Shown here one piece after another: positions 13,609 to 26,774 of a stretch of 63,929 nt of DNA (the stretch's first letter is position 1; the number at the start of each line of letters is the position of its first letter). Origin of the DNA: Lenisia limosa (taxonomy: Eukaryota; Protista; Breviatea); assembly GCA_001655205.1 (NCBI GenBank), contig LPNZ01009407.1, positions 1 through 63,929 of the forward strand, in the 5' to 3' direction. A program made the translations under genes and the position numbers. The notes under the pieces were generated by a model that made no database searches, was not told where the DNA came from, and saw nothing but the letters and a program-made list of their open reading frames with translations.

Positions 13609-14822
13609 CTAATGGTCGATTTCCTGAAGGTAGTCCTTGACTTCTTCGGGCTTGAGGACAGTGAACGTTCCGTCAGCACGGGCAACACCAAGTTCAATGT
13701 TCTCGTGCGTCATGCGACCGTCAAATCCTTCCTGGAGATGTTAATGGTACAATCAAAGGACTTGAATAGAAAAAAAAAGGGAATCTAGGCTAACCGTTCA
13801 CACCATCTTGTTTTTAAGAATAATTAATAGACACAAGTTTGATTGCAGATAATGATAAAAAGGGAGAAGGTTAACTCAATTCAATGCGAATGGACTTCTA
13901 TACGTGTATTTAGCCAGATTATGTTGTAAAGGCCACTTATTAAGGATATTCTCCTCAGAAGACAACAATATGGATCGCTCCCCAACCCACTTTCAAAGTC
14001 AATAAGGCGGTGTGAATGGCATCATCAAGCTCCATATCTGGGGAGTATCTGAACTAATAAACCAAAATCATGGATGTCGGAGTATGCTGTGATGTTGGGA
14101 TGAAAAAGATAAAGAAAGAAAGGCACACCTCTTTTCAAGGAAAGTCTTAGCATTGATCATGTTCTTGCCAATAGCAGTGGCCTTCCATGGGAAAGAGGAG
14201 CCTAGAATAAATCAGTATTAATGTCACCATACCTGAGGGATCAACTTGGTGAAGTGTTGGTCCAGTGTGGTCATAGCCACAAATCAGCATAGAAACACCG
14301 AATGGTCTCACACCACTATATCAATAAGCGCTGATCGAACAGGCGGTAAACTAACCCTGATTGGGTGTACTCCTGCATCAAAGACGCCACATTCTTTACG
14401 ACATCCTTAACAGGAGCAGGGTCGTTATAAAGGCGATGATACGCTTCTGCTTTCTTTCTAGCATGCTCAACCAAGACTTTATAATCGGTTCCCATTCCTA
14501 AAATAAAGATTTTTGTGAGATACTAACACTAACAAAGGAGCTAAATACCTGAATAGACAGAACCGACATGATCAGCAAGAACAGACACCTTCTCAATCGA
14601 AGATGCAACAACATGAGGGTTGGGAAGCTTCTTTTCTGTGGCTAAAACAACACCATTCTTAGCTAAACGAATGGTAAAAAATAGAGTGAAATAAATTTGT
14701 TACTAACCACGAATTCCGAGTGAAGTAGGAGCAGAGCCAACAGCAGCTAACGCGTATTCGATTTGAACAAGCTTCCCAGAAGGCGAAAACGTGGTTAAAG
14801 AAAATGAATAAGCTTCACTCAT
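13609..14822 (-). CDS. PSMA2: 20S proteasome subunit alpha type-2
   Basis: Begins [29 protein letters not shown]. Later exons read [20 protein letters not shown] and [16 protein letters not shown]...[10 protein letters not shown]. Confidence 0.97.
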
Positions 14823-15158
14823 GATTAGTTAGTAATTAAAATGTGTAGATATTTGCAAATTATTATTAATGAAGGTAAATGAAGGCAGAATGAAGGTTGA
14901 AAACGGAAATAGCCTTAAATTCGGAAGCATTCGGAAAGTTCAGTTCTCAACAATTGCCAAGCTGCGACTTGTTGCTATCAAGTTGCTATACCCTTGCTAT
15001 TTCAGAGTTATTGGTTATTTGTAGAATCTATCTGCACAATTGCATAATAATTAATTGCTTTTATTTGACTTCAACAGGTTCATTCTTCAGTCATTCTTAG
15101 ATTCTTAGTATTGATTTAGTCCAATTTGAAACTAAAAGGGAGTACATCAAATATGTAT

Positions 15159-18100
15159 CTAAAGGACCAGTTTATCCTTAGTGGAGCCACGAGGTTCAAT
15201 TGCAAGAGACATGCTATAGGCTTTCTTTTCATCAATGACAGACGCCTCTGTGATATACTTCCAAATCTCGGATTTTAACTAAGGTATAAAAAACAGACAG
15301 GAGATCCAAACCTCTGGTAATTCCTTTAAGTTATATGCAGTTTGCTGATACTGCTGAAGATCAAGAATGACATTCATTTCCATAACTCTCTAAAAAGTGA
15401 TTTTTGATGAGGAAACACAAAAAACTTTTGACAAAAAAATATACTCTATCGATATATATACTATCACAAGCCATCGACACATATCTTGATTTCTGATATA
15501 CTATCATATCAATATTAATTATGTACATGTACGATAGGCCTACTTTTGTGAAATTAATGAGCTTGCCAATTTGATCCGGGTTTCCATCACCAATAAAAGT
15601 TAAATCAGAAAGGAAAACACCTAGACAATCAGTAAACGCCCGGTACGCTCCAACATTACCGATATAAGGGATACAGGGCGGGGAAATGGACTTGAGGTTG
15701 CTTCTGTAATTCTTGTATGACATTTCCGCACTCATAAGAACTTCTTGGCTTGCCAAAGTCTAGCATTAACAATAAAAATCAACATCCATGAGTTTTTTAT
15801 TGACATCCTTACGTGTATGTTTCAATCTGAGTGTTGCTGAGTTGTTCAAACCAGCTAATACTGAAGTTAAAGCAGAATAGTTTTGAAGAGATTGGAATTC
15901 CTAAAAAATAAATTAAGGCACAAGCAATCTTACAATAGCTAATTTGATAAACCACTCCATTCGCTTTACTCTGGCCTTCAGACCCTCAACTCGAACCATG
16001 TCATGCGTAATCCTGAAGTTAGAAATAAAGGACTACCAATTAGAGAGAATATTAAAAGTATCAATAAAACCAAGAACGTTAGGAGAGCGGTGCTGGGTTT
16101 TTGGCTTTGACCAGGCTTGGTTCAACAATTCAGGTGCCTGGAACGTAAACATAATACACTTCCCTTACTCTGATACATGAATAACGCTCAAAGTCAGCAA
16201 AGGTAATTTGTCTTGCAACTTCAATAGGATCAATATCATAAACGGTCTGAACAGCACTTTTTGGAATCTTGAAGAATAAAGAGAAGATTGCCCAACAATT
16301 GGTTCAGGAGGATCCTCGTTGAAATGCCGCTGTCTGCCAGTTGTAGCCACGGCCTTCTTCTTGTCAATGGTTTTAAGAAGCTGTGTGGACAAAGACGACA
16401 TGCTTTGGGAAAAATCTCCTTGAATAAACTTAACAAGCCTCTCCTAATAGATCAGTGCAAAGATGTACGCTCTACAAACTTGAAGTGGTTCATCAAAGTC
16501 GGCCCAATAGTCTGAAATCCACATTTTAAGCACGTTTCCAACCCGAAGATTAACAATCGATTTAGCTTTCGAGTAATCCTGCACAATAAGACAAAGATTG
16601 GAGGCTAACCGCATCACCCATGTCTAAGGCGCGCGGGACACAGGAGCGCTCAATTAGTTTCGTCAGGAGAACATTGGGAGAGGTGAACGATTGATAAGTC
16701 AAGAGGAAGGTTTTTTGGAATGTCATATCTACAGAGTAAACCACACATAGCAACACTTCATAATATTGTGAGGATAACCATGATAATAAGTTGGATTTTT
16801 GGCAAACCATGATTGTCGGTTGAAGTAACAGTTCTGATCAAATAGTTGAGCGATCCAGCTTCAATGAACTGTTTGCCGTCCTTGGAGCCAAAGAGGACAT
16901 TTGAAGTACTAGAGAGTAATATATTATGTTGAGCGGACTTACCTATCTTCTGGTTCATCCCAGAAGGGAATATCCTGAGCAACACCATCTAAAATGAATC
17001 AAAAAAAAAAAANNNNNNNNNNNNNNNNNNNNNNNNNNNNNNNNNNNNNNNNNNNNNNNNNNNNNNNNNNNNNNNNNNNNNNNNNATGAATAAGTAACAT
17101 AACTCAAATTCGACCAACCTCCATTGTCATCATCAGTGACATCCACGTTTGACGCAAGCACACAACCCTAATAAATCAGCTTATTGTAATATTGACTATT
17201 ATAATCTGATATAAACAATTTACTCTAAATCTTTTCACAAAAGATGCCTACAAATAAAAGATACCACCTTGATTTATCTCACTTTTCATTGAAAAAAAGG
17301 TCGGAAATGTTAAGTGTTATGTAGTACTGTACTTTAAAACTTTTATATGATCTACTCTGTATTATCACAAAATTAACAACCCAACATACGTGTCTTTGTC
17401 TCAGGTAGAGAGTTGATTGCCTTGGAATACCTGCTCCTTCGATTCCCTCCACAATTGGAGAGCTGCCAAGAAGTTCTTCTCCATACGACTCATCAGGATC
17501 TTCGATCGCGGCCGACAACGAAAAGGGGGCTTCGGGGTCCTTCAACGGGCTTAGAGACCATTGGTGGGGGTGATTCAATTCTAACAATTAGACCGGAGGC
17601 TTCCTTACTGCTATTAAAATGGGAGCAAATTTGGGCTAAAATGGAGGCGACTGGCCCATCCACATCAACTTCAATTTCGTCTTCAAGAGATAATGCAATA
17701 TCAAAAGCTTGGAGGCGGGGTGTTAAGGTAACAAGATCCTTGAGACATAAAAAAACAAAAAAAAACCATAACTTACCCCATGTTTCAAATTATAGTCACA
17801 AATTGTGTTAGTAGGGTCTTCAAAATATATTGAAACTGGTTTCTGAACAATAAGAATCCTCGAAGTTTGGACAAACCTTCTTGCCGACCACATCTTGAGA
17901 GGTCATGATTGTGTAATTATCAGGTGATTTGATATTCCCCTAAAGATTAAAAGAGAAACTAAGAAGAGGCCATACTTCTCCCATCGAAACGAGGGTGTCA
18001 AGCAGCTCCTGTACTGTAGCCCGTTTTCTGACTGACAGAGACCTTTTCTCGGGGAATCCGGGAACAATGCAAAACAGGTTCACTTCCAATTCTCTAAACT

Positions 18101-18672
18101 CACAATATGTCTAAAAAGTTACTCAATAGGTCAATAGCGTACCGCTCCACTGGCAAACTCCATGAGAGCTCCTTGCGGCTGGAACCATGTAGAGTTTCCC
18201 TTGATACCAAAATGCTGAACTTCGTCGTCCGTCAGGCCGAAGGTCTCGCCAAGCTGCGAAACCACTTCATGCACCTTGAGACAAGGCTCAAACTCAATAG
18301 TCCTGCTTGTTAACAAAGGCTTAGAGGAGCAAACCTGCTTTCGCCGTTGTATAGAAGGTGGAGAGGAATAGGTTTTGGTCGGAATTCAACGGCATGCTGG
18401 GTGTAAAGGAAAGTAGCTATCTTACTTCTTTGTCAATACCCTGCTCCAGAACACATTCATCTTCATCAATCCATTCCCCTTTCTCAACATTGAAAAGTCC
18501 ATACCCTTCATGATTGCTAAATAGAATAAGATGCAATACCGACCCACGGAATTGCACGGTGCTGTCCTTGGAGATGCATCAACAACTGATCTCCAGTTGT
18601 TCCTCCAGTAATGTACATTGTTGAAACATGGTTAAGCGCTGGTACGCTCACCTGGATTGGCTTATTCTCCAT
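15159..18672 (-). CDS. Ras guanine-nucleotide exchange factor (REM + CDC25 domains) with N-terminal tandem ubiquitin-like, talin F0/F1-like repeats
   Basis: REM-like TFQKTFLLTYQSFTSPNVLLTKL. CDC25 motifs SYKNYRSNLKSISPPCIPYIG, VFLSDLTFIGDGNPD..LINFTK, and end YSMSLAIEPRG. N-terminal exons read YGLFNVEKGEWIDED..VEFRPKPIPLHL and RTIEFEPCLKVHEVVSQL. Confidence 0.88.
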
Positions 18673-19255
18673 CGCCAACAACTCCGATGACTTTTTGGCT
18701 TTTTGTTACTTTTCTCTTGTATATTAGGATATAATTATATAAGATAAATATTTCTGCCCAGGGATTAAAAGAAGAGTTTGAAGGCTTGAGGGAATAAGTT
18801 AAAGAGAAACAAATAAGCGCACTGGTCCAAGACATAGTTGTCATTTTTGGTTTTTTGAGAAATTCGAAATTCACTCACAGAATTACTTATTTTTGATAAC
18901 CTTTGCTTATATACAACAATTACATGTCTTAATATCTTTATGTGATGAGAATCTTACCTAAATAAGCGCTCCTTTACTCGACTGAGCTCAATTTTGTCTA
19001 TAAACTTAAGGTTTGTGGTGTACTTGAAGGGATTTTGCCTGAAATCAATGAAGTATGTTTGAGAAAGGAGTTATGATCCTTCTTCCTCACCTTTTCCCTC
19101 TATCTTACTGGATTCAAATGGTTACGAATAAAAATAGGAATGTTCATTAGGGCAAATCACACTACTACAAGGTCCAGTCATTTTCTCAATCACTATTGTC
19201 TACCTTGCCTGATTCTTTCAATCAACGATCTCATGCTCTAGTGCTTTTTGACCAT

Positions 19256-22200
19256 CATGTCTAGTCCTTCTGAGGATTCAGGACAATCATCAGGTTAGAA
19301 GGGTGCCACCTCCACCTTTAATTTTTTGATGACTGAACATCTATCGTTTTTTTTGAGGAGTTGACTGATATGACTGATATGACTGTCTAGGAAGCCAGCC
19401 TGTTCGCAACGACAGCCCATGGGTCTTTACCAAAAAGGATTCTAAGGTTTGTGGGAAGAAACACGTTTGTTTTCGTCCAAGATGATACTCCATAACCTCG
19501 TTGGCATACAAGCGTGATTGTTTAAGCCCACGCCACCCCCTCAAAAGACCACCAAAGCACCCCAAGCTGGCATGACGATACCGCATCCTCAGAATATTCA
19601 ACCATCAAACAAGCAGATAGCCCCCCAGACAATGGCACCAACGTTGAAGCCAAACCAGCCTCCTCATAAAGCTGTGCAGCCCATGAAGACCCAACCGGTG
19701 TCCCCCCAGACGGCTGCTCAACTCTCCAAGTCCCAGCAGCCCCACAGAATGGTTTCGCCTATTACGCCGTCACCTACCCCGCCCCATCAACAGCCCATGA
19801 TTGCTGCTCAGCCACCAGTTGCTCACTCTATTCCCCAAGCTGTTTGCCGGAGATTGGAATTTACGCTTGCTCTCCCCGACAACATAAACATTTTCTATTT
19901 ACCAAAATATGAACCTCATATTATGCTTCCTTTTAATAATAGTGGTGGTATAATACCGACTGACAACAAGTAATCCTTTTATTCTTTCAAAAAAATAATA
20001 ATGATTGGAGAAATAATGTGACTCGAAAATCTCTACCCACAGGTTTCCTCGAGCTGATATGAGAGCATTTTTTTCCACCTCTCATTTCTGCAGGCAATGT
20101 CTATGCCCCATCATCACCATGTTATGCACTCCCAGCCTCGCCCCGTTGCTGCACATATCCCCATGCCCCCTCACAACCCGGTGAGCTTGTTTTCTATGAG
20201 AAAACAGCAAGATATTTTTATTGTCTTTAAAATGCAACACTCATCAGGAGCACTGGTAATGATAGGATACAGTATCTTTAATAGAGACTCCTTCTCTCTT
20301 TTGCCATCTATCTCCAATTTTGTTACAGATCAGAAATTTGCTTTGCGGAATTGAAGTAATTATATATGTTCGGTGAAATGTTTCCCTTGAAAAGTCGTAT
20401 ACATCGTTTCCTCTGTTAGTATCATAATGACGATATCAGAGCCCCTCCCAGTGGCCTATCCAGCCTCAACGAGCCCACACCCATTCCCGGCCCATGAACC
20501 TAGTTGCAGGACACATTGCAATTGCCACAGAAGGATCAGTGGGTTGCTGATATAAAAAAAACCGCTTACATGTTAGAGAAATATTAAGGTTGTTATTAGC
20601 TTGCTTTGGTGGTTGATTCTTGTTATTAGCTTGTTTTGGTGGCTAATTATTGTTATTAGCTTGCTTTAGTGACTGATTATTGTTATTAGCTTGCTTTGGG
20701 TTAAGTTTACCTTGCCAGGCTTCTGCAGCGAAGCCGATTCCGCAACCCCAGCAGTATCCACTCTCCTCGCCAGGATCGTCCGTCAAATCACCCCCTCTTT
20801 CAGCTGCCACCTCTCGCCCACCTATCAACACTCAAGTTTGCTCAACTGCTTTTATCGATTGCCTGCAATATTTTCAGTTACTATTTCTATGAAGATGGCA
20901 TGGACGACCCAGTCATAATACTGCCTTATTTTATTTTTCATTTCCGCATATTAACTTGCGCAGGCACTTGGACAGAAGCTCAACAACGTTCAGCTGACCC
21001 CTCAACAGTACCCCATTCGTCCCATGCATATGCCGGTAGGCTTCAGGATTCTTCTGGCACTGATTAGGGCGGGTTGTATGATATTACCAGACATGTCCTT
21101 ATAGAGTCAATGCGATTCAATTCTGTTATTTTTAACCCCTCAAGTCTCATGTCCACGCCCCTCAGCCCAATGCACAAACACGTATCCACCCCTCACAGGG
21201 TAAGAACTGCAAATACTCATGAAGAGAGGGGGCATAGTGGCTTTAATCTCATGAGTATTCGAAAATATCGTTTTTCTATATTTCTATGATATGGTCAATT
21301 GAGCTCTCACATTTAAGGCCCCATCCACCCAACAGCAGCGCCTCAAAGCCCGGCGAGACCATCCCCTGTTCCTATTTCCACCACTCCACATTCTGCACCC
21401 GCGGTGAGGCCTATACGTTGAAATCTAGGGATTTGGGAAACGCTCAAAACTACAATTATACTGCTCTTTCTGTGGTCTCTAGTTTAAGAGGATTCTGCTT
21501 TTATTACTTTTTTTTATTTGATTTTTGTTCTTTGTTTATTGTGCCATTTGGTATTAGAACTCAGTTGTTCAATAATAAGAGGATCCTGTTCGTGCTCAAC
21601 AGAAAGTCACCTTCTCAGGTTGGAATGACAATCCCCTTTTCGCTTCCCCCCACTGCCAACCCCCCACCAGCAGTTCGAGGACATACCGTAGGGTGAAGGC
21701 AATGGTTTCGAACTGTTTTGTTGTATTCCGCTTTATGAGTTCTTTGCCTCGTTCATTCCCATCCCTAAACCCGCCCAGATCCTGATCTTATCATAGCCTA
21801 CTCTCTTTTGAACAGATCTCATGATCTAGTCCCCCCTGTCCACATCCTCCCCCATGTCGCCACCCAGTTCTCAGCCANNNNNNNNNNNNNNNNNNNNNNN
21901 NNNNNNNNNNNNNNNNNNNNNNNNNNNNNNNNNNNNNNNNNNNNNNNNNNNNNNNNNNNNNNNNNNNNTCAACCTGAGGAAAAGTGGGCAATCGATATCT
22001 TGCATAGCCAATAGCTGGAATTCCATCGAATCTTATTCTATTTATTTTCTTTCTTCTATAGAAAGATACCTGAGATTTGCTTGTTCAAACTTCCTATGAG
22101 ATATCATGCATATTCTATTTTACATGTATTTTTTTGAAAGAATAATACATGATATTACATTGTTAATATGATATAAAATCTAGGAATAGGAATACTCATA

Positions 22201-24421
22201 AATGAAGCTCTAATCTGACACCTCTAGACTCGCGGCCCCTCTGTGACCTACCGCGGCGAGAGGAAGGATCGTGGGTTGGGTGAAAGGCTTCACTTCTGTC
22301 CAAAAAAGAATTTTATTGGTCTTTTGGACCAAAGTGAATGAAAGTGGCGGCATCGACTACATTTATCTTGGTACATTTATACGCTGTTCTTTGACCAATA
22401 ACATCCCAGCCACTTTGTTTTCTTACCTTTCCAGTTTACATAACGAAATCTTGGACTTCTGCAATTACATTCAACCCACACCGGCCGAGCTTTGGATGCG
22501 CTCTGATGTGCTGAACCAGCTTCAACAAACAATCAATCAGCTTTGGCCAAGTGCAACGGTTTGGTCCCTTCGCTCTCTTTCCCTCTTCTTCTCACAATAT
22601 TTCTTTCTCGTTCTCTGATCTCTTTATCGCGTATAGTGTTTCTCCTTGTTGTCTCTCTCATTCCTTGTGTTCTTGCTTTGTTCTTTCAGGATGAATTCTG
22701 GTGTATCCNNNNNNNNNNNNNNNNNNNNNNNNNNNNNNNNNNNNNNNNNNNNNNNNNNNNNNNNNNNNNNNNNNNNNNNNNNNNNNNNNNNNNNNNNNNG
22801 TATCATTTTGTTTAGTCAATCCACAATCCAATACTATGGTTATTTACATATTTTATGCTCCGTAGATGGAGGTGTTCGGCTCCGTGCTTACCAGGCTTGT
22901 CTTACCAAAGTCGGACATTGATGTGGTTGTCTTCGGAGTTAACAACAATATTGTTTCGGCCTTACACAGGTAAGAAAACAACTTTGTGAAGGCTTTTCGT
23001 TCCAATTTTTATGAATCAATCATACATGAATCTTAATGAATGTAGACTTGAAGAGGTTCTTTTGGAACGCGTAGCGTCTAGTGTACAAGTCATTCCCAAA
23101 GCCAAGGTCCCCATCCTCAAATACGTTGATAGCTTTTCTGGGGTGAGCATTTTGATCTATGAGTGACCAATTCTGATGAAAATAGTCAATCCCTTTTTGT
23201 TTCTCTTGAAACACATCCTTTGACCACTCAGTGCAATGTTGACGTCTCTTTTGACATCCCATACGGCCCTCGGAACACAAGGCATCTCAACAGTTTCCTC
23301 GACACTAGTCCAGCTCTCCGTCCACTCACGTGAGAGGCGTTATCATATGACCTGCTGTAGTTTTATCTCTCATTTCCAGATTATCCAAAACGGTTAATAT
23401 TTATCAGGGGGTACCGAAGTATTAAGTCCTTTTCATTTCCAAGTGCTCACTGGAAACACACCATTAGCTCACCGTTCAGATTGACGATCAAGTTCCTTCT
23501 CAGCCAGCAAAACTATAACGAGCCTTATTCCGGCGGCCTGGGCTCCTATGCATTGGTGTTAATGGTCATTTCACATCTCCAAGTGGGTAGCGTTTGGACT
23601 GATTGATCCATGAATAGATATGTAGTTGTGTTCTGATCCAAATAATGGGTCTTTTCACTTGTATTCACGAGACACTAAGCACTGTACTTTAAAATTTCAT
23701 ATATTGTTCATTTCTTAGAACTATCCATGTAACCGAAATGCGGTTCCCGTCTGCGTGCCAAAAACGCCCGGTGTTGATTTGGGGGACTTGTTGATCTCCT
23801 TCTTCTACGTCTACGGAGAGCACTTTGACTACACGGTTGGAGAGGGTACTATCAAGATTTCGTTGTCTTTTCGTCTTTATTACTATTTGCATTTCCATGA
23901 CACAGATAGATACATTCTTCACTTCTGTACAGTGTTGTTATTTATTGCCCAGAATTCTGCAATCAGTATTCTTCAGCATGGTACCTACTTCCCCAAAACC
24001 AGTCGTAATTGGTATGACAGCAAACACCCCAAAAAAAATTGCTTTTCAACAATAATGCAGTCTCAAACATACATCTGCATATTACCAACGGCAGTTCTCT
24101 CAAGTAGATCGGATCTTTAACCAGAGTTCCCGTTTACTTTCTCAGGTTTGACAGCAGCAATCCATCAGCGTTGGCGGTGGAAGACCCCCTGCTCCCGAAA
24201 AATGACGTGGCGAAAGCAGCGTTTTTAATTTCACATATCCGAAATCTCTTCCGTGAGGCCTACAATCGATTGACTGGAAATCGACCGGTCAGGTCGCCAA
24301 ATACCTGTGGGTACTTGCCTTTTATGGTGATTCACGTTGTTTGAACAACTGCTAAATGTTTTTGATCATTTTTACTCTTTTTTTTAGAAACCCAAGCTCT
24401 TCCACCAGGTCAAAGTGGTGA
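19256..24421 (+). CDS. TENT4: Non-canonical poly(A) polymerase, TENT4/PAPD5/Trf4 family, with a long Pro/Gln/His-rich N-terminal region
   Basis: LHNEILDFCNYIQPTPAE; FGSVLTRLVLPKSDIDVVVFG (GS + DxD); AKVPILKYVD; NVDVSFD; NEPYSGGLGSYAL; LAVEDPLLPKNDVAK. The core (about 22430-24421) is secure. Attachment of the low-complexity exons at 19256-21880 crosses an N-gap and is inferred. Confidence 0.85.
20591..20700. repeat. Intronic minisatellite, 30-bp unit, about 3.7 copies
   Basis: tgttattagcttgctttggtggttgattct and variants start at 20591, 20621, 20651 and 20681 (last one partial). Confidence 0.95.
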
Positions 24422-25401
24422 CTAACCCATGTAGCACACCCTAACATTCCGTCCCTATCGCTTCTCTCTCGCATTATAACTCTTTCACCTGTTTGTGGTG
24501 GCGGAGGGGAGGGTGTGTTTTCTGGGATGCAGTGTTGGTAGATTTGGGGGGTTTCAATTCACTGTTCGGACAGTTTTATTTAGTGTCATCATTCACCGTC
24601 ACCCCCAGGAATTTGATAATGAGCGACGACAAATTGACGAACTTTTTGTTCCATATGCCACGCAAATGGCAGCGCGAGTGAGCTGGGCTTGATTTATATT
24701 CCAAAAAGACTGGGTTTCTTGAGTTACTAAATAACTTCACCTTTCATTATGGTCAATGCCTTACTGATAAAATTTTGAATATCATCTCATTAAGATGGGA
24801 TCTTCACAATATGTAAATGAGCTTTTTGGTTTGACCATGTAGGTGAAAGAAAAGTCTGAACAAATGAGCGATTAGCGGCTCTTCAGCTTCCTCTTTCCTC
24901 TGTGGGTTCAGGCAAAGGTTATGATTTCATTTTCCATAAGAACAATAGAGTATTGCTGCAACCAATGAGACCCCTTTTATTTTTTCTCTCACCATTGCAG
25001 CCTTCTTCTTTCTCTTCAGGTCCTTTTAGCGTATCAAAAGCCGACTAAATTCGTCTTTGTGATTCTATTTCTTCTGGGTTTCTTTTTGATGTATTAGCTT
25101 TTTTCCTTAGTTTAGATACTGATTACCATCGTCAGATGTTGAACAACTGGGTATTTGAAGATGATACTATGTTGATGTTGGAGATGGAGGTTGGCAATGA
25201 CAGCATTGTGGCAATAGGATCAAAGGAAAAATAGGATGATCGGAGGATTAAATAATTAGGCATTGTTGAACCTTTCTTGAGGCTGTGTTGTGTTGAGGGA
25301 GTTGAGGGTCAATGGGGTTCGGGATTGAAAGCTGCGCCGCCGAGGTTCCTCTGCAAAAAAAAATCTCAAAAACAACACGCAATTTATTATTATCTATTAA
25401 A

Positions 25402-26504
25402 ATGGCTACCCGTGGACCTAAGTATGGACTTGATGCTGAGCTTGCCGCCAAGCAGGTTTGAATCTTTTTTCTTTGAGGCCACTTATCCTCCCAAGGCCGC
25501 TAAGTACAGCCCTGAAATGGAACAACAAGCCCGTGTCTGGATCGAGGCTGTTACAGTAAGCAATCAATCATAAAATATTTCAATTCAGCGCGTTGCTGGC
25601 GGGTTCTTTGTTGCCTCACTGTATTATTATCATTTTCAAGGTTATTTAATCCCTAATTGTTTGCTGCTTTAATTTTTTCAGGGAATTGCTGTCACTGGTG
25701 ACTTCCACGAGGCCCTCAAGGACGGTGTTACCCTTTGCACGTAAGGAATACACGGTATCTACAGTTTTTTTTTTATAATCCGCCTTCCCCTCCTCGACCT
25801 TCTCTGACTAATCAGTGTCATGAACACCTGCAAGCCTGGTGCCATTAAGAAGATCAACAAGATGAAGATGCCCTTCATGCAGATGGAGAACATCTCCAAC
25901 TACTTGGTAGGAGGAGGCTGTTTCCCCATTGTTTTCGTTTGATAGATTTTTTTAACCATCCTTTGGAGCTGACCCCCTTAGACTGCCTGCACTGCTCTTG
26001 GTGTCCCTGCCCCCGAGCTCTTCCAGACCGTTGATCTCTTTGAGGTTTGTCTTGCCCTGTTCCATGCCTTCTAACCCAAGTAGAAGCAAAACATGGGTGC
26101 TGTTGTTCAGAACATCCACGCTCTTAGCCGTCATGCCACTGCCAAGTATGCTTTTCTAACATTATCATGATAATTGCTTGTTTCTCTTTGATTTGACTGG
26201 CCAATACCCGCAGTAATTCACCCTCCAGGGGCTTCAGAGGCGCCACCATTGGCCCCAAGCTCTCCGAGAAGAACCAGCGCCAGTTCGACTCCAAGAAGGA
26301 CGCTGAAATGAGAGCCACCGTGCCTTCCCTCACTCGTGAGACCGGATCTGGTGCCACTGCTAAGGGCGTCGTCTTCGGCAAGACTCGTGGTGCGTGGTCC
26401 CTACGGAACTTTTTTTCATTTTTGGAGGGGAGGGGGTCATATTGTGGATTGACCATTGAGCTGTTGTCATTCTGACTGCTTCAGATGCCACGATGTACTC
26501 CTAA
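25402..26504 (+). CDS. Transgelin/calponin/MP20-like actin-binding protein (single CH domain plus degenerate calponin repeat)
   Basis: MATRGPKYGLDAELAAKQAAKYSPEMEQQARVWIEAVT; GDFHEALKDGVTLC; FMQMENISNYL; ELFQTVDLFE; GPTIGPKLSEKNQRQF..GVVFGKTRD. Confidence 0.92.
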
Positions 26505-26774
26505 GCGTTGTGGTCATGGTTGTGGGTTATAACTATAATTTAAGGGGTTATTTATTACAATTGATTACACTTGCGGTTGATCACCTTTATTATTGTGGCG
26601 TTAAAAGGATGTTTTGTGATGCGCTTTGTAGCTAAAAGGTAAACGTTTCATAGGCAAACTTTGATAAGAATATAAGATTAGACCGTTGACTACCACTATA
26701 TCAAAAAAGACATTCAAAAAAGAAAAAGTGTATCTACTACACAATAAATAATACCCTCTCATAAAAATACAAAC

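Noticed and set aside
20591-20700. 30-bp repeats (and the 56165-56305 repeats) as a CRISPR array
   Set aside because: They are head-to-tail tandem units without unique spacers, lie inside eukaryotic introns, and have no cas genes nearby.
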